A stretch of DNA of 64,000 bases, taken from an uncultured Rikenellaceae bacterium (GTDB lineage: Bacteria; Bacteroidota; Bacteroidia; Bacteroidales; VadinHA17). The stretch lies in contig CAZQRQ010000001.1 of assembly GCA_964595725.1 (NCBI GenBank), positions 10,221 through 74,220 of the forward strand. Direction: 5' to 3'. Under the pieces are notes generated by a model. That model was given only the letters and a program-made list of their open reading frames with translations, was not told the DNA's origin and made no database searches. The translations under genes were made by a program, and so were the position numbers. Below, piece after piece: positions 51,320 through 60,328 of the stretch. How positions within the stretch are numbered: the first letter of the stretch is position 1; every line of letters starts with the position of its first letter.

Positions 51320-51874
51320 TTATACCAGTATCACAGTCCTGCTGAAGAACATTTTTTTTGCATTAACCGCCTTGAAGCCGGCAGATTCAGCCATCAGTAT
51401 CATGTTGCAGAAATCAGTTTTATTGACGTGAGTGGATGGCTCAACTATCAGAATTTTGCCATCGGGCTTCAGGAGGGATTTCAGTTCCCTGAAAAGACCA
51501 GGGTGATCGGGGATTTCATGAATTACATAGAAAGCCAGGATGAAATCGACATTCTCATTTATCCCTGTAGATTCAGTCTGGCATTTGTGAAGCTCAATAA
51601 CTGATTGCAGAGATGAACCATTTATTTTCTTCTGCAGAATGTTAAGCATTTCATCCTGCAGGTCAGCGGCTATGACTTTGCCTGTACTATTCAGAAGTCT
51701 TGCTATTTCGATGGTAAAGAACCCGGGCCCACAGCCCAGGTCAAGCACTGTCATTCCATTCTTTATAAAAGGACCCAGTATTTTTGCCGGATTTTGAACC
51801 AGTCTTCTTAACCGGTTATCAAATTCGCCTGCTTTTTCAGCAGGGCAAACCCTGTTTTTTTTATTTTTTTTCAT
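51320..51874 (-). CDS. Class I SAM-dependent methyltransferase
   Basis: Motif I VLDLGCGPGFF. N-terminal VCPAEKAGEFDNRLRRLVQNPAKIL leader. Divergent from the metal-operon regulator gene. Confidence 0.78.
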   Translation of the reverse strand: MKKNKKNRVCPAEKAGEFDNRLRRLVQNPAKILGPFIKNGMTVLDLGCGPGFFTIEIARLLNSTGKVIAADLQDEMLNILQKKINGSSLQSVIELHKCQTESTGINENVDFILAFYVIHEIPDHPGLFRELKSLLKPDGKILIVEPSTHVNKTDFCNMILMAESAGFKAVNAKKMFFSRTVILV

Positions 51875-52006
51875 GGCTTAAGAATATTATGATCCTACTT
51901 TTATGACGAATAACAGAGCTAAATATTTTAAGTTACCGTAAGGTGTATTCTATGAATTACAGTGAAAACCGGAATTTAGTATATTTAACAAAAATTCATC
52001 AACTAC

Positions 52007-52585
52007 TTGATTTTGAATAAAACAGTATTACACATCAAGAACATGGTATGCAACCGTTGCATAAAGGCGGCAAGGGAGGAAATTGAAGGATTGGGTTTTA
52101 CTATTAAATCAATTGAGCTGGGAGAAGTACTGATTAATGAAATGCCTGATAACAAAGATCTTGAGCAGATAGGCAAAGTCCTTGCAGAAAACGGATTTGA
52201 ATTAATCAGCGACAGGAAGAGTTGGATAATAAACAGGATAAAAATCCTTATTATAGAATATATACATTATGATAAGGAAAAACCTGGTTATGTTAACTTC
52301 TCTGATTTTTTATCGGCTGAGCTCGGGAACGATTATTCATATATAAGCCATTTGTTTTCTTCTGTTGAGGGAATAACAATTGAGAAATACATGATACTTC
52401 AGAAGATTGAGAAAGTTAAGGAACTACTGGTATATGACGAACTGACAATAAATGAAATATCTTATCAGCTTGGTTACAGCAGTGTCGCACACCTTTCAAG
52501 ACAATTTAAGAATGTCACAGGACTTACACCTTCGCATTATAAGAAGGTCAGGGAGGCAAAACGTAAATCCCTGGACCAGCTATAA
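52007..52585 (+). CDS. AraC-family transcriptional regulator with N-terminal HMA-like (CxxC) domain
   Basis: N-terminus TVLHIKNMVCNRCIKAAREEIEGLGF resembles a heavy-metal-associated ferredoxin fold. The C-terminus has an AraC HTH (INEISYQLGYSSVAHLSRQFKNVTGLTPSHY). TTG start, so the start position is uncertain. Confidence 0.78.
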   Translation: MILNKTVLHIKNMVCNRCIKAAREEIEGLGFTIKSIELGEVLINEMPDNKDLEQIGKVLAENGFELISDRKSWIINRIKILIIEYIHYDKEKPGYVNFSDFLSAELGNDYSYISHLFSSVEGITIEKYMILQKIEKVKELLVYDELTINEISYQLGYSSVAHLSRQFKNVTGLTPSHYKKVREAKRKSLDQL

Positions 52586-52669
52586 AGACAAAAAAATGCA
52601 AATCTTTTCTCAAATTGTGCAACAAGTACCTTATTTATTTGTTTTTTCTTTGGAAGTTGAATTTTACAT

Positions 52670-53077
52670 ATGCTGAAACTATTAAGCCATATTGCTTTAT
52701 CCTCTCTTTTACTTCTTTCATCCACAGGATTGAAAATTAATTTGCATTTCTGCCAGGATCACCTCTATGATCTGGCAATAAATACTCCTGCACATGATTG
52801 TTGTGCAAATGGTAATAACACCTGTCATCACAATCAGGACCAGGCCCATCATTGTGACGACAGAACAATACAGATAAAGAACACGGACAACTTTCTGGTT
52901 TCCGGCTTTTACCCTGGTTTTGAGAACAATAATTCAAATGATGTATTCTTCGTTTCTAAGGATCAGACTGATAACAGCGGGATAGAAAATGTAAATTATC
53001 CTCGTCTTTTATCTTTCAAAAAACCACCACCAGGCAGGGATGTATTTTTGTCCCGTATCCAATCCTTCATTATTTAG
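52670..53077 (+). CDS. Small Cys/His-rich secreted or membrane-anchored protein (HYC_CC_PP-like)
   Basis: Signal/anchor ALSSLLLLSSTG, then LHFCQDH, HDCCANGNNTCHHNQDQAHHCDD and KKPPPG. The order matches the HYC / CC / PP motif order I recall for a Bacteroidota family linked to metal efflux. Confidence 0.6.
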   Translation: MLKLLSHIALSSLLLLSSTGLKINLHFCQDHLYDLAINTPAHDCCANGNNTCHHNQDQAHHCDDRTIQIKNTDNFLVSGFYPGFENNNSNDVFFVSKDQTDNSGIENVNYPRLLSFKKPPPGRDVFLSRIQSFII

Positions 53078-53239
53078 CCCGTATTTCAGAGGGGACTATA
53101 GATTTCACTTATGTGTTAATCTATACTGGTTTCCCATTCTTTGATTTTGGGTGCATTTATGTCATCCTCTTCAAAGCGTTTTGATTCCAGGCCTTGAGAA
53201 GAATTACTAAATAAATGATTATAACTAAAATACATAAAC

Positions 53240-56200
53240 ATGTTAAACAGATTGATACGGTTTTTCCTCGAAAATAAACTGGTTACATTTCTTGTACTAA
53301 TTTTATTTGTTGTCTGGGGTATGATTTCAGCTCCTTTTAACTGGGATCTTGGAGTTTTGCCCCGTGATCCTGTCCCTGTAGACGCAATCCCGGATATTGG
53401 AGAAAACCAGCAGATTGTATTTACTGAATGGCCAGGAAGGTCACCCCAGGACATTGAGGACCAGATCTCATATCCTCTTACAACTGCATTACTGGGTATC
53501 CCTGGCGTAAAAACAATCAGGAGTAATTCCATTTTCGGCTTATCAAGCATTTATATCATTTTCGAGGATGATATAGAGTTTTACTGGAGTCGTACCCGTA
53601 TTCTTGAAAAATTGAATTCATTACCAGCCGGGACCTTACCCGACGAAGTTACTCCTTCCCTGGGTCCTGATGCGACAGCGTTGGGGCAGATATACTGGTA
53701 TACTCTTGAAGGAAGGGACGCTGAGGGAAAGCCTGCCGGAGGATGGGACCCCCAAGAGCTCAGGACAATACAGGATTATTATGTGAGGTATTTACTTACT
53801 TCTGCGAAAGGAGTCTCCGAAGTAGCATCTATCGGCGGTTTCGTGAAAGAGTACCAGGTTGATATAGATCCGAATGCCATGAAGGCATATGGTGTATCTG
53901 TAGCACAAGTAATGCAGGCTGTGAAAAAGAGTAACCTCGATATAGGAGCGCGTACAATTGAGTTTAACCGGGCAGAGTACCTAATTCGTGGATTGGGATA
54001 TTTAAAGAATCTTAGCGATCTGGAAGAAAGCGTAGTCTCTGTAAATGAGAACATTCCTGTTCGTATCAAGGATGTTGCCAGGATTAATTTCGGTCCCTCA
54101 ACGAGACGTGGCGGACTTGACAAGGACGGAGCTGAAGCCGTGGGTGGAGTGGTTGTAGCCCGTTATGGAGCTAATCCCATGGAAGTCATAAATAACGTTA
54201 AGAATAAAATTGCAGAGATTTCCGCCGGTTTGCCCAACAAAACATTAAGCGACGGAAGTACTTCCAAAGTCACAATCGTGCCCTTCTACGACCGTACCGG
54301 GTTGATCAAAGAAACCCTTGGAACGCTTGAATCAGCACTTACAGATGAAATCCTGATAAGTATTATAGTTGTCATTATCCTTGTGCTGAACTTAAGGGCA
54401 TCAATCCTTATTTCAAGTTTGTTGCCTGTTGGCGTGCTTATGACATTTATTATAATGCGCCATTTCAATGTTGACGCCAATATTGTAGCACTGTCGGGTA
54501 TAGCAATCGCCATTGGTGTAATGGTGGATGTGGGAATTGTTTTTACAGAGAATATAGTCCGGCATATCGATATGCCGGAGAACAAGGGGGCAAGCGCTAA
54601 GAAGCTGCTTAACATCATCTATAATGCAATAGTCGAGGTGGCCTCGGCAATAATGACAGCACTCGCAACAACTATTGTAAGCTTCTTGCCGGTATTTGCC
54701 ATGCAGGCCGCAGAAGGAAAACTATTCAAGCCGCTGGCTTTCACAAAGACATTTGCCCTGCTTGCTTCACTGGTAATCGGGATAGTGATCATTCCTGCAC
54801 TTGCCCATATTGTATTTTCAATCCGGTTTGATAAAAAACGCATTTCGAGGATCTGGAATATTTCACTGATAGCAGCAGGTGCTATTCTTATTATAGCCTT
54901 CCAGGCCTGGATTGCTGTTGCTCTTATTGCTTTCGGCTTAAACAACCTGATGAAATACAGGTGGCCGGAACAAAAACAACGATATGTAAATTTCATCAAT
55001 ATTGGAATTGCTGCCTCAGTGGTAATTTATTTTCTCACCGTAGAGTGGATGCCGCTGGGGGCGAAGAACAGCACTTTTGTCAATTTCATTTTTGTAATTG
55101 CAATTCTTACTGCAGTTTTGGGAATCTTGATGACGGTGGTACATTATTATCCGGTTATCCTCAGGTGGTGCCTTGCCAACAAATGGAAATTTCTTTTGAT
55201 TCCAATCATCTTAGTTTTGTTCGGGATACTTGTGTGGCAGGGAAGTAACAGGATATTTGGTTTTATTCCTGAGAAACTAAAGGAAACCGGAGGATGGCAG
55301 GCATTTGTCCAAACCTTTCCGGGTGTCGGAAAGGAGTTCATGCCTGCGCTTGATGAAGGCTCATTCCTTCTTATGCCAACAACCATGCCCCATTCCGGAG
55401 TCGAGGAGAACACAGAGGATATACGCCTTCTGGATATGAAGGTGAATTCAATACCGGAAGTTGAATCTACGGTTGGTAAATGGGGAAGGGTTGGTTCTGC
55501 ACTCGATCCTGCACCTATATCCATGTTTGAAAACGTGGTTAACTACAAACCGGAGTACATCCTTGATGAGGATGGCCACCGTGTAAGGTTTAAAGTTGAT
55601 AAGGAAGGGGCATTTATCCTCATAGATGGCAGCAGTTATAATCCGCACAGGAACGGTTTCAGGGAAATTGATGAAAACAACCTGGTCCCCGACAGGAATG
55701 GTGAGTATTTCCGGCAATGGAGAGACAATATTCATTCACCGGATGATATCTGGCAGGAAATTGTTAAGCAATCCAATCTGCCGGGTCTGACATCGGCACC
55801 GAAATTACAGCCTATCCAGACCAGACTTGTTATGCTGCAGACAGGCATGCGGGCTCCAATGGGTGTTAAAGTGTACGGGCCCGACCTGGAAACTATCGAA
55901 AAGACCGGGTACAATATTGAAAGTTTGTTGAAAAATGTTCCGGGTATCGAACCGGCATCAGTTTTTGCCGACAGGGTGGTTGGCAAGCCTTACCTCGAGA
56001 TAAAAATAGATCGCAAAGCTATATCCCGGTACGGACTGACAATCGACGACATGCAGATTTATATGAGCAGTGCGATCGGAGGGATGAGCCTTACAACTAC
56101 TGTTGAAGGCCGGGAGCGTTTTCCTGTAAGGGTGCGATATGCCCGGGAATACCGTGACAATCCGGAAGACTTAAAGAAAGTGCTCATACCAACGCCAATG

Positions 56201-57055
56201 AACGTGCAGGTTCCCCTGGGAGAACTGGCAGAGATAATATACACAAGAGGTCCGCAACTGATTAAAAGTGAGGATACATTCCTTGTAGGGTATGTAATTT
56301 TCGACAAGAAACCAGAATATGCAGAAGGTGATGTGGTCGAAAACGCACAAACGTACCTGAATAATAAAATAAAAGACGGAGAATTTATTCTGCCTGCAGG
56401 TGTCAATTACAGGTTTACAGGCAACTATGAAAACCAGATAAGGGCGACAAAGCGACTTATGATTGTGGTTCCTGTTTCGCTTTTTGTAATATTTCTGATC
56501 CTTTTTTTCCAGTTCAGGTCAGTAACAACATCAGCCATGGTTTTCACCGGGATTTTTGTGGCTTTCTCCGGGGGATTCCTGATGTTATGGCTTTATGGTC
56601 AGGACTGGTTTATGAACTTTTCTCTTGCCGGAATAAATATGCGTGAACTTTTCCAAATGCATACAATTAACCTGAGTGTGGCTGTTTGGGTGGGTTTCAT
56701 TGCATTGTTCGGCATTGCCACCGACGACGGAGTCATTATGGGGACCTACCTGATGCAGGTGTTTGAAAGGGAAAAGCCATCCACAATTGATGCCGTAAGA
56801 GAATCAGTGCTGCAAGCCGGAATTAAAAGGGTGCGCCCTGCAATGATGACGGCATCGTGTGCCATCATAGCTCTTATACCTGTGCTGACCTCCACCGGGA
56901 AAGGTGCTGATATAATGGTACCGATGGCTATACCTTCCTTCGGGGGAATGATTTTGCAGGTAATGACAATGTTCGTGGTACCGGTCCTTTACAGCTTGTG
57001 GCAGGAAGGCAAGGTAAAAAGATTAAAACGCTTAAAATTAAAGAGCAATGAATAA
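53240..57055 (+). CDS. cusA: CusA/CzcA-family heavy-metal efflux RND permease (oversized, 1271 aa)
   Basis: HME-RND architecture. Met residues at aa 712, 762 and 865 sit in contexts equivalent, in my recollection of the sequence, to the E. coli CusA M573/M623/M672 triad (LLMPTT, APISMFE, RLVMLQTG). Carries two insertions (see findings). Confidence 0.9.
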   Translation: MLNRLIRFFLENKLVTFLVLILFVVWGMISAPFNWDLGVLPRDPVPVDAIPDIGENQQIVFTEWPGRSPQDIEDQISYPLTTALLGIPGVKTIRSNSIFGLSSIYIIFEDDIEFYWSRTRILEKLNSLPAGTLPDEVTPSLGPDATALGQIYWYTLEGRDAEGKPAGGWDPQELRTIQDYYVRYLLTSAKGVSEVASIGGFVKEYQVDIDPNAMKAYGVSVAQVMQAVKKSNLDIGARTIEFNRAEYLIRGLGYLKNLSDLEESVVSVNENIPVRIKDVARINFGPSTRRGGLDKDGAEAVGGVVVARYGANPMEVINNVKNKIAEISAGLPNKTLSDGSTSKVTIVPFYDRTGLIKETLGTLESALTDEILISIIVVIILVLNLRASILISSLLPVGVLMTFIIMRHFNVDANIVALSGIAIAIGVMVDVGIVFTENIVRHIDMPENKGASAKKLLNIIYNAIVEVASAIMTALATTIVSFLPVFAMQAAEGKLFKPLAFTKTFALLASLVIGIVIIPALAHIVFSIRFDKKRISRIWNISLIAAGAILIIAFQAWIAVALIAFGLNNLMKYRWPEQKQRYVNFINIGIAASVVIYFLTVEWMPLGAKNSTFVNFIFVIAILTAVLGILMTVVHYYPVILRWCLANKWKFLLIPIILVLFGILVWQGSNRIFGFIPEKLKETGGWQAFVQTFPGVGKEFMPALDEGSFLLMPTTMPHSGVEENTEDIRLLDMKVNSIPEVESTVGKWGRVGSALDPAPISMFENVVNYKPEYILDEDGHRVRFKVDKEGAFILIDGSSYNPHRNGFREIDENNLVPDRNGEYFRQWRDNIHSPDDIWQEIVKQSNLPGLTSAPKLQPIQTRLVMLQTGMRAPMGVKVYGPDLETIEKTGYNIESLLKNVPGIEPASVFADRVVGKPYLEIKIDRKAISRYGLTIDDMQIYMSSAIGGMSLTTTVEGRERFPVRVRYAREYRDNPEDLKKVLIPTPMNVQVPLGELAEIIYTRGPQLIKSEDTFLVGYVIFDKKPEYAEGDVVENAQTYLNNKIKDGEFILPAGVNYRFTGNYENQIRATKRLMIVVPVSLFVIFLILFFQFRSVTTSAMVFTGIFVAFSGGFLMLWLYGQDWFMNFSLAGINMRELFQMHTINLSVAVWVGFIALFGIATDDGVIMGTYLMQVFEREKPSTIDAVRESVLQAGIKRVRPAMMTASCAIIALIPVLTSTGKGADIMVPMAIPSFGGMILQVMTMFVVPVLYSLWQEGKVKRLKRLKLKSNE

Positions 57056-58304
57056 GATATTGAAAATGAAAATTATACTTACTCTTCTGATCATGTCCGG
57101 AAGTCTGCTGGTTCATTCCCAGGATATGCTTGAAAGCTACCTGGTTGAAGCAGCCTTTAACAACCCTGGCCTGAAAGGGCGTTTCAACGAATATCAGGCC
57201 GCACTTGAGAAAATTCTGCAGGCAGGTGCATTGCCTGATCCTCAGGTTACATTCGCGTATTTCATACAACCGGTCGAAACAAGGGTTGGTCCGCAAAGGG
57301 CAAGAATCTCTGCTTCACAAATGTTTCCGTGGTTCGGCACATTAGGGGCTAAAGAAGATGTCGCTTCTGAAATGGCAAAATCAAAATATGAAGTGTTTCA
57401 GGAGGCAAAATCAAAGTTGTTTTATGATGTAAAAACCACATGGTACAATCTTTATTTCACAAAAAAAGCCACTGGCATCACAGCTGAAAACATAACCATA
57501 CTGAATACCCTTCGTAAGCTGGCACTGGTAAAAGTTGAATCGGGCCTTGCTTCAGCAGCAGATGTATTGAGAGCAGAAATGAAAATCGCCGACATGGAGA
57601 ACCATCTGGCTTTCCTGAAAGACAACTATCATACTCTTCAGGTATCCTTTAACAATCTTTTAAACGTGAATGCAGACAGGATAGTAGATATCCCTGATTC
57701 ACTTGTAAATTCTGATTTTGACCTTAGCCGCGAAGCAGCCCTTGATAGTATCAGAAGCCGAAACCATAATGTAATGCAATATGAATATTCCGAAGCATCC
57801 TACAAAAAGCAGGAGATTGTTGCAAGGAAGCAGGGGAATCCAGGGCTTATGCTAGGCCTGGATTATGTGGTTGTTGGAAAGGGTCAGGGTTCAATGGCCA
57901 CTGTCTCTGAGGCGGGAAAGGACGCAGTTGTATTTCCTATGGTGGGTATCACCATACCTCTGTACAGGAAGAAATATACCTCGATGGTTCAGGAGTTATC
58001 CCTGAAGCAGGAAGCAGCCAAAAATAACAAACTGGACAAAATCAATTTGCTTGAAACAACTTTTGAAAAAGCCAACAGGGATTACAGGGATGCCGACAGA
58101 CGTATCCTGTTGTATACAGAACAGTCTGTCAAAGCCTCCAAATCGCTCAGGATAATACAGACTGCCTACGAAACAGACGGAAAGAACTTTGAAGAAGTTC
58201 TGAGAATGGAACAGCAATTATTAAAGTATGAAGTCGAACTTGAAAAGGCACTGGCTGATAAAAATGCTTCAATTGCCTTTATTAACTACCTGATGGGGAA
58301 ATAA
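57048..58304 (+). CDS. TolC-family outer membrane efflux protein
   Basis: Signal peptide and two OEP repeats. 8-nt overlap with the cusA end. Confidence 0.85.
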   Translation: MNKILKMKIILTLLIMSGSLLVHSQDMLESYLVEAAFNNPGLKGRFNEYQAALEKILQAGALPDPQVTFAYFIQPVETRVGPQRARISASQMFPWFGTLGAKEDVASEMAKSKYEVFQEAKSKLFYDVKTTWYNLYFTKKATGITAENITILNTLRKLALVKVESGLASAADVLRAEMKIADMENHLAFLKDNYHTLQVSFNNLLNVNADRIVDIPDSLVNSDFDLSREAALDSIRSRNHNVMQYEYSEASYKKQEIVARKQGNPGLMLGLDYVVVGKGQGSMATVSEAGKDAVVFPMVGITIPLYRKKYTSMVQELSLKQEAAKNNKLDKINLLETTFEKANRDYRDADRRILLYTEQSVKASKSLRIIQTAYETDGKNFEEVLRMEQQLLKYEVELEKALADKNASIAFINYLMGK

Positions 58305-58318
58305 AAAACAAAATAAAC

Positions 58319-60049
58319 ATGAAAACAAAAAATAACATTAAAAAACGGGATTACGTGGTGATCAGTATTACACTGGTCCTTGGTCTTTTCTTTGGCTGGC
58401 TGTTCTTTCATGGTTCAGGCAGCAAAACTGAAACCGGAAATATAGTAAAGGAACCTGTTCATGAAGTAAGTACTATATGGACATGTTCAATGCATCCACA
58501 GATCAGGATGGATAAGCCGGGTAAATGTCCCATCTGCGGGATGGACCTGATACCGGTACAGGAGAATACCGGAACGGATGTACCAGTATCTCCTGACGAA
58601 ATACAAATGTCGGAAGCAGCCATTAAAATAGCAGATATACAAACAATGATTGTAAAAAGTTCTTATCCGGAAAAGAAAATCTATCTGTTGGGCAAAGTAA
58701 AACCTGATGAAAGACATATTTATGAGCTTACGGCCCGGTTTGGAGGACGAATTGAGAAACTGTATATAAACTTTACCGGTCAGGATATAAGGAAGGGAGA
58801 AAAACTGGCTGCAATATATTCTCCAGCCCTGATAACAGCCCAGAAAGAACTACTTGAAGCCATGGATTACAAACAGAGCAATCCGGAATTCTATAATGCG
58901 GCAAGAAATAAGCTTAAGCTGTGGGATCTGAGTGATGATCAGATAGATGATATGGAAAACCAAAGCGAGGTACAAAGTTATTTTGACGTTCTTTCGCCGG
59001 TAACAGGCACTGTAACAAAACGTAATGTAACAACTGGAGACTATATTAAGGAAGGAAGCACTCTGTTCCAGGTTGTCGACCTTACTACAGTATGGGTAAT
59101 GTTCGATGCTTATGAAAGTGATCTTTCCTGGATGAAGCCTGGCGATGTTGCTGATTTTACTGTCCAGTCACTGCCAGGGAAAAACTTCAGTGGCAGAGTC
59201 ACATTTATTGATCCGCTGATCGATCCGTTTACACGTGTTGCCCGGGCAAGGATAGAAGTTCAGAATCCGGGCCTGCTTCTTAAACCTGAGATGTTTGCCA
59301 ACGGGGTTATTAATTCTTTCATTGCCGGGAACAGCAAGGAACTTATGATACCCAGGTCTTCAATACTATGGACAGGTAAACGTTCCGTGGTATATGTTAA
59401 ATCACCTGACCGTGAACAACCGGTGTTCAGGTATCGGGAAATTGTCCTTGGGCCTTCAGCCGGTGATTTTTATGTTGTTAAATCAGGTTTATCGGAAGGC
59501 GAGGAAATTGCCGTAAATGGTGTATTTAAGATTGATGCCGCAGCCCAGCTTGCAGGGAAACCGAGCATGATGAACCAGGAAGCAGAAATAGCGTCGGTGG
59601 ATCCTGCGTTTAAGAAGCAGCTTCAGGAAGTTTACGATTCCTATTTACTTATGAAAAATGCCTTTGTTGAATCTGATGCTGAATTAATCTGTGAACAGGC
59701 ACATGATGTAAATACAAAACTTATGGAGGTGAACATGGAACTGCTAAAAGGTGATTCTCACATAAAATGGATGAATTACCTGGATAAAATGAAACCGGCA
59801 ATATCAGCAATTGAAGCTAAAGCCGATCTGTCTGTCCAGAGAATTGCTTTTGCAGAATTCAATGAGGCTTTTCATGAAAGCGTTGAATCATTTGGACTTA
59901 ACAGAGGTACGGTATTCTATCAGTATTGCCCCATGGCAAACAGTAATAAAGGAGCATACTGGTTAAGCGAGATCAATGAGATAAGGAACCCGTATTTCGG
60001 AGATAAGATGCTTACATGCGGTGAAACAAGAAATACTCTTGAGTTTTGA
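58319..60049 (+). CDS. Efflux RND periplasmic adaptor (MFP) fused to an N-terminal HMBD metal-binding module and a C-terminal DUF3347-like domain
   Basis: TM anchor. WTCSMHPQIRMDKPGKCPICGMDLIP, the MFP core (GGRIEKLYINFTGQDIRKGEKLAAIYSPALITAQKELL) and a C-terminal helical domain ending YQYCPMANSNKGAYWLS...MLTCGE. Confidence 0.86.
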   Translation: MKTKNNIKKRDYVVISITLVLGLFFGWLFFHGSGSKTETGNIVKEPVHEVSTIWTCSMHPQIRMDKPGKCPICGMDLIPVQENTGTDVPVSPDEIQMSEAAIKIADIQTMIVKSSYPEKKIYLLGKVKPDERHIYELTARFGGRIEKLYINFTGQDIRKGEKLAAIYSPALITAQKELLEAMDYKQSNPEFYNAARNKLKLWDLSDDQIDDMENQSEVQSYFDVLSPVTGTVTKRNVTTGDYIKEGSTLFQVVDLTTVWVMFDAYESDLSWMKPGDVADFTVQSLPGKNFSGRVTFIDPLIDPFTRVARARIEVQNPGLLLKPEMFANGVINSFIAGNSKELMIPRSSILWTGKRSVVYVKSPDREQPVFRYREIVLGPSAGDFYVVKSGLSEGEEIAVNGVFKIDAAAQLAGKPSMMNQEAEIASVDPAFKKQLQEVYDSYLLMKNAFVESDAELICEQAHDVNTKLMEVNMELLKGDSHIKWMNYLDKMKPAISAIEAKADLSVQRIAFAEFNEAFHESVESFGLNRGTVFYQYCPMANSNKGAYWLSEINEIRNPYFGDKMLTCGETRNTLEF

Positions 60050-60079
60050 TGGGATATTAATATGACACTTTAAAACGAA

Positions 60080-60292
60080 ATGATCATGCTGTTGAAGATG
60101 CTCATAATTTCAGTGTTACTCATTGTATTAGCGATGCTTGGGCTCGGCATCAGGCTTTTATTCAGTCGTGATGCGGAATTCCCGTCACACTCATGTGCAC
60201 TTGAAAATGGCGATACCGATAGTGACGGCTCATGTTCAGCATGCCAGCTGAAGGATCTGGCTGACTGTCCGGAAAAAAAGGGCAGACAGTAA
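60080..60292 (+). CDS. Small single-pass membrane protein with cytoplasmic H/Cys4 tail
   Basis: 70 aa. TM segment LIISVLLIVLAMLGLGI followed by RLLFSR (positive-inside), then HSC-x12-CSAC-x7-C. Lies inside a tight same-strand operon, with 30 and 36 nt gaps to its neighbours. Confidence 0.5.
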   Translation: MIMLLKMLIISVLLIVLAMLGLGIRLLFSRDAEFPSHSCALENGDTDSDGSCSACQLKDLADCPEKKGRQ

Positions 60293-60328
60293 TAACTTAG
60301 ATATAAGTGGAATTTTAAATCTACTGCA

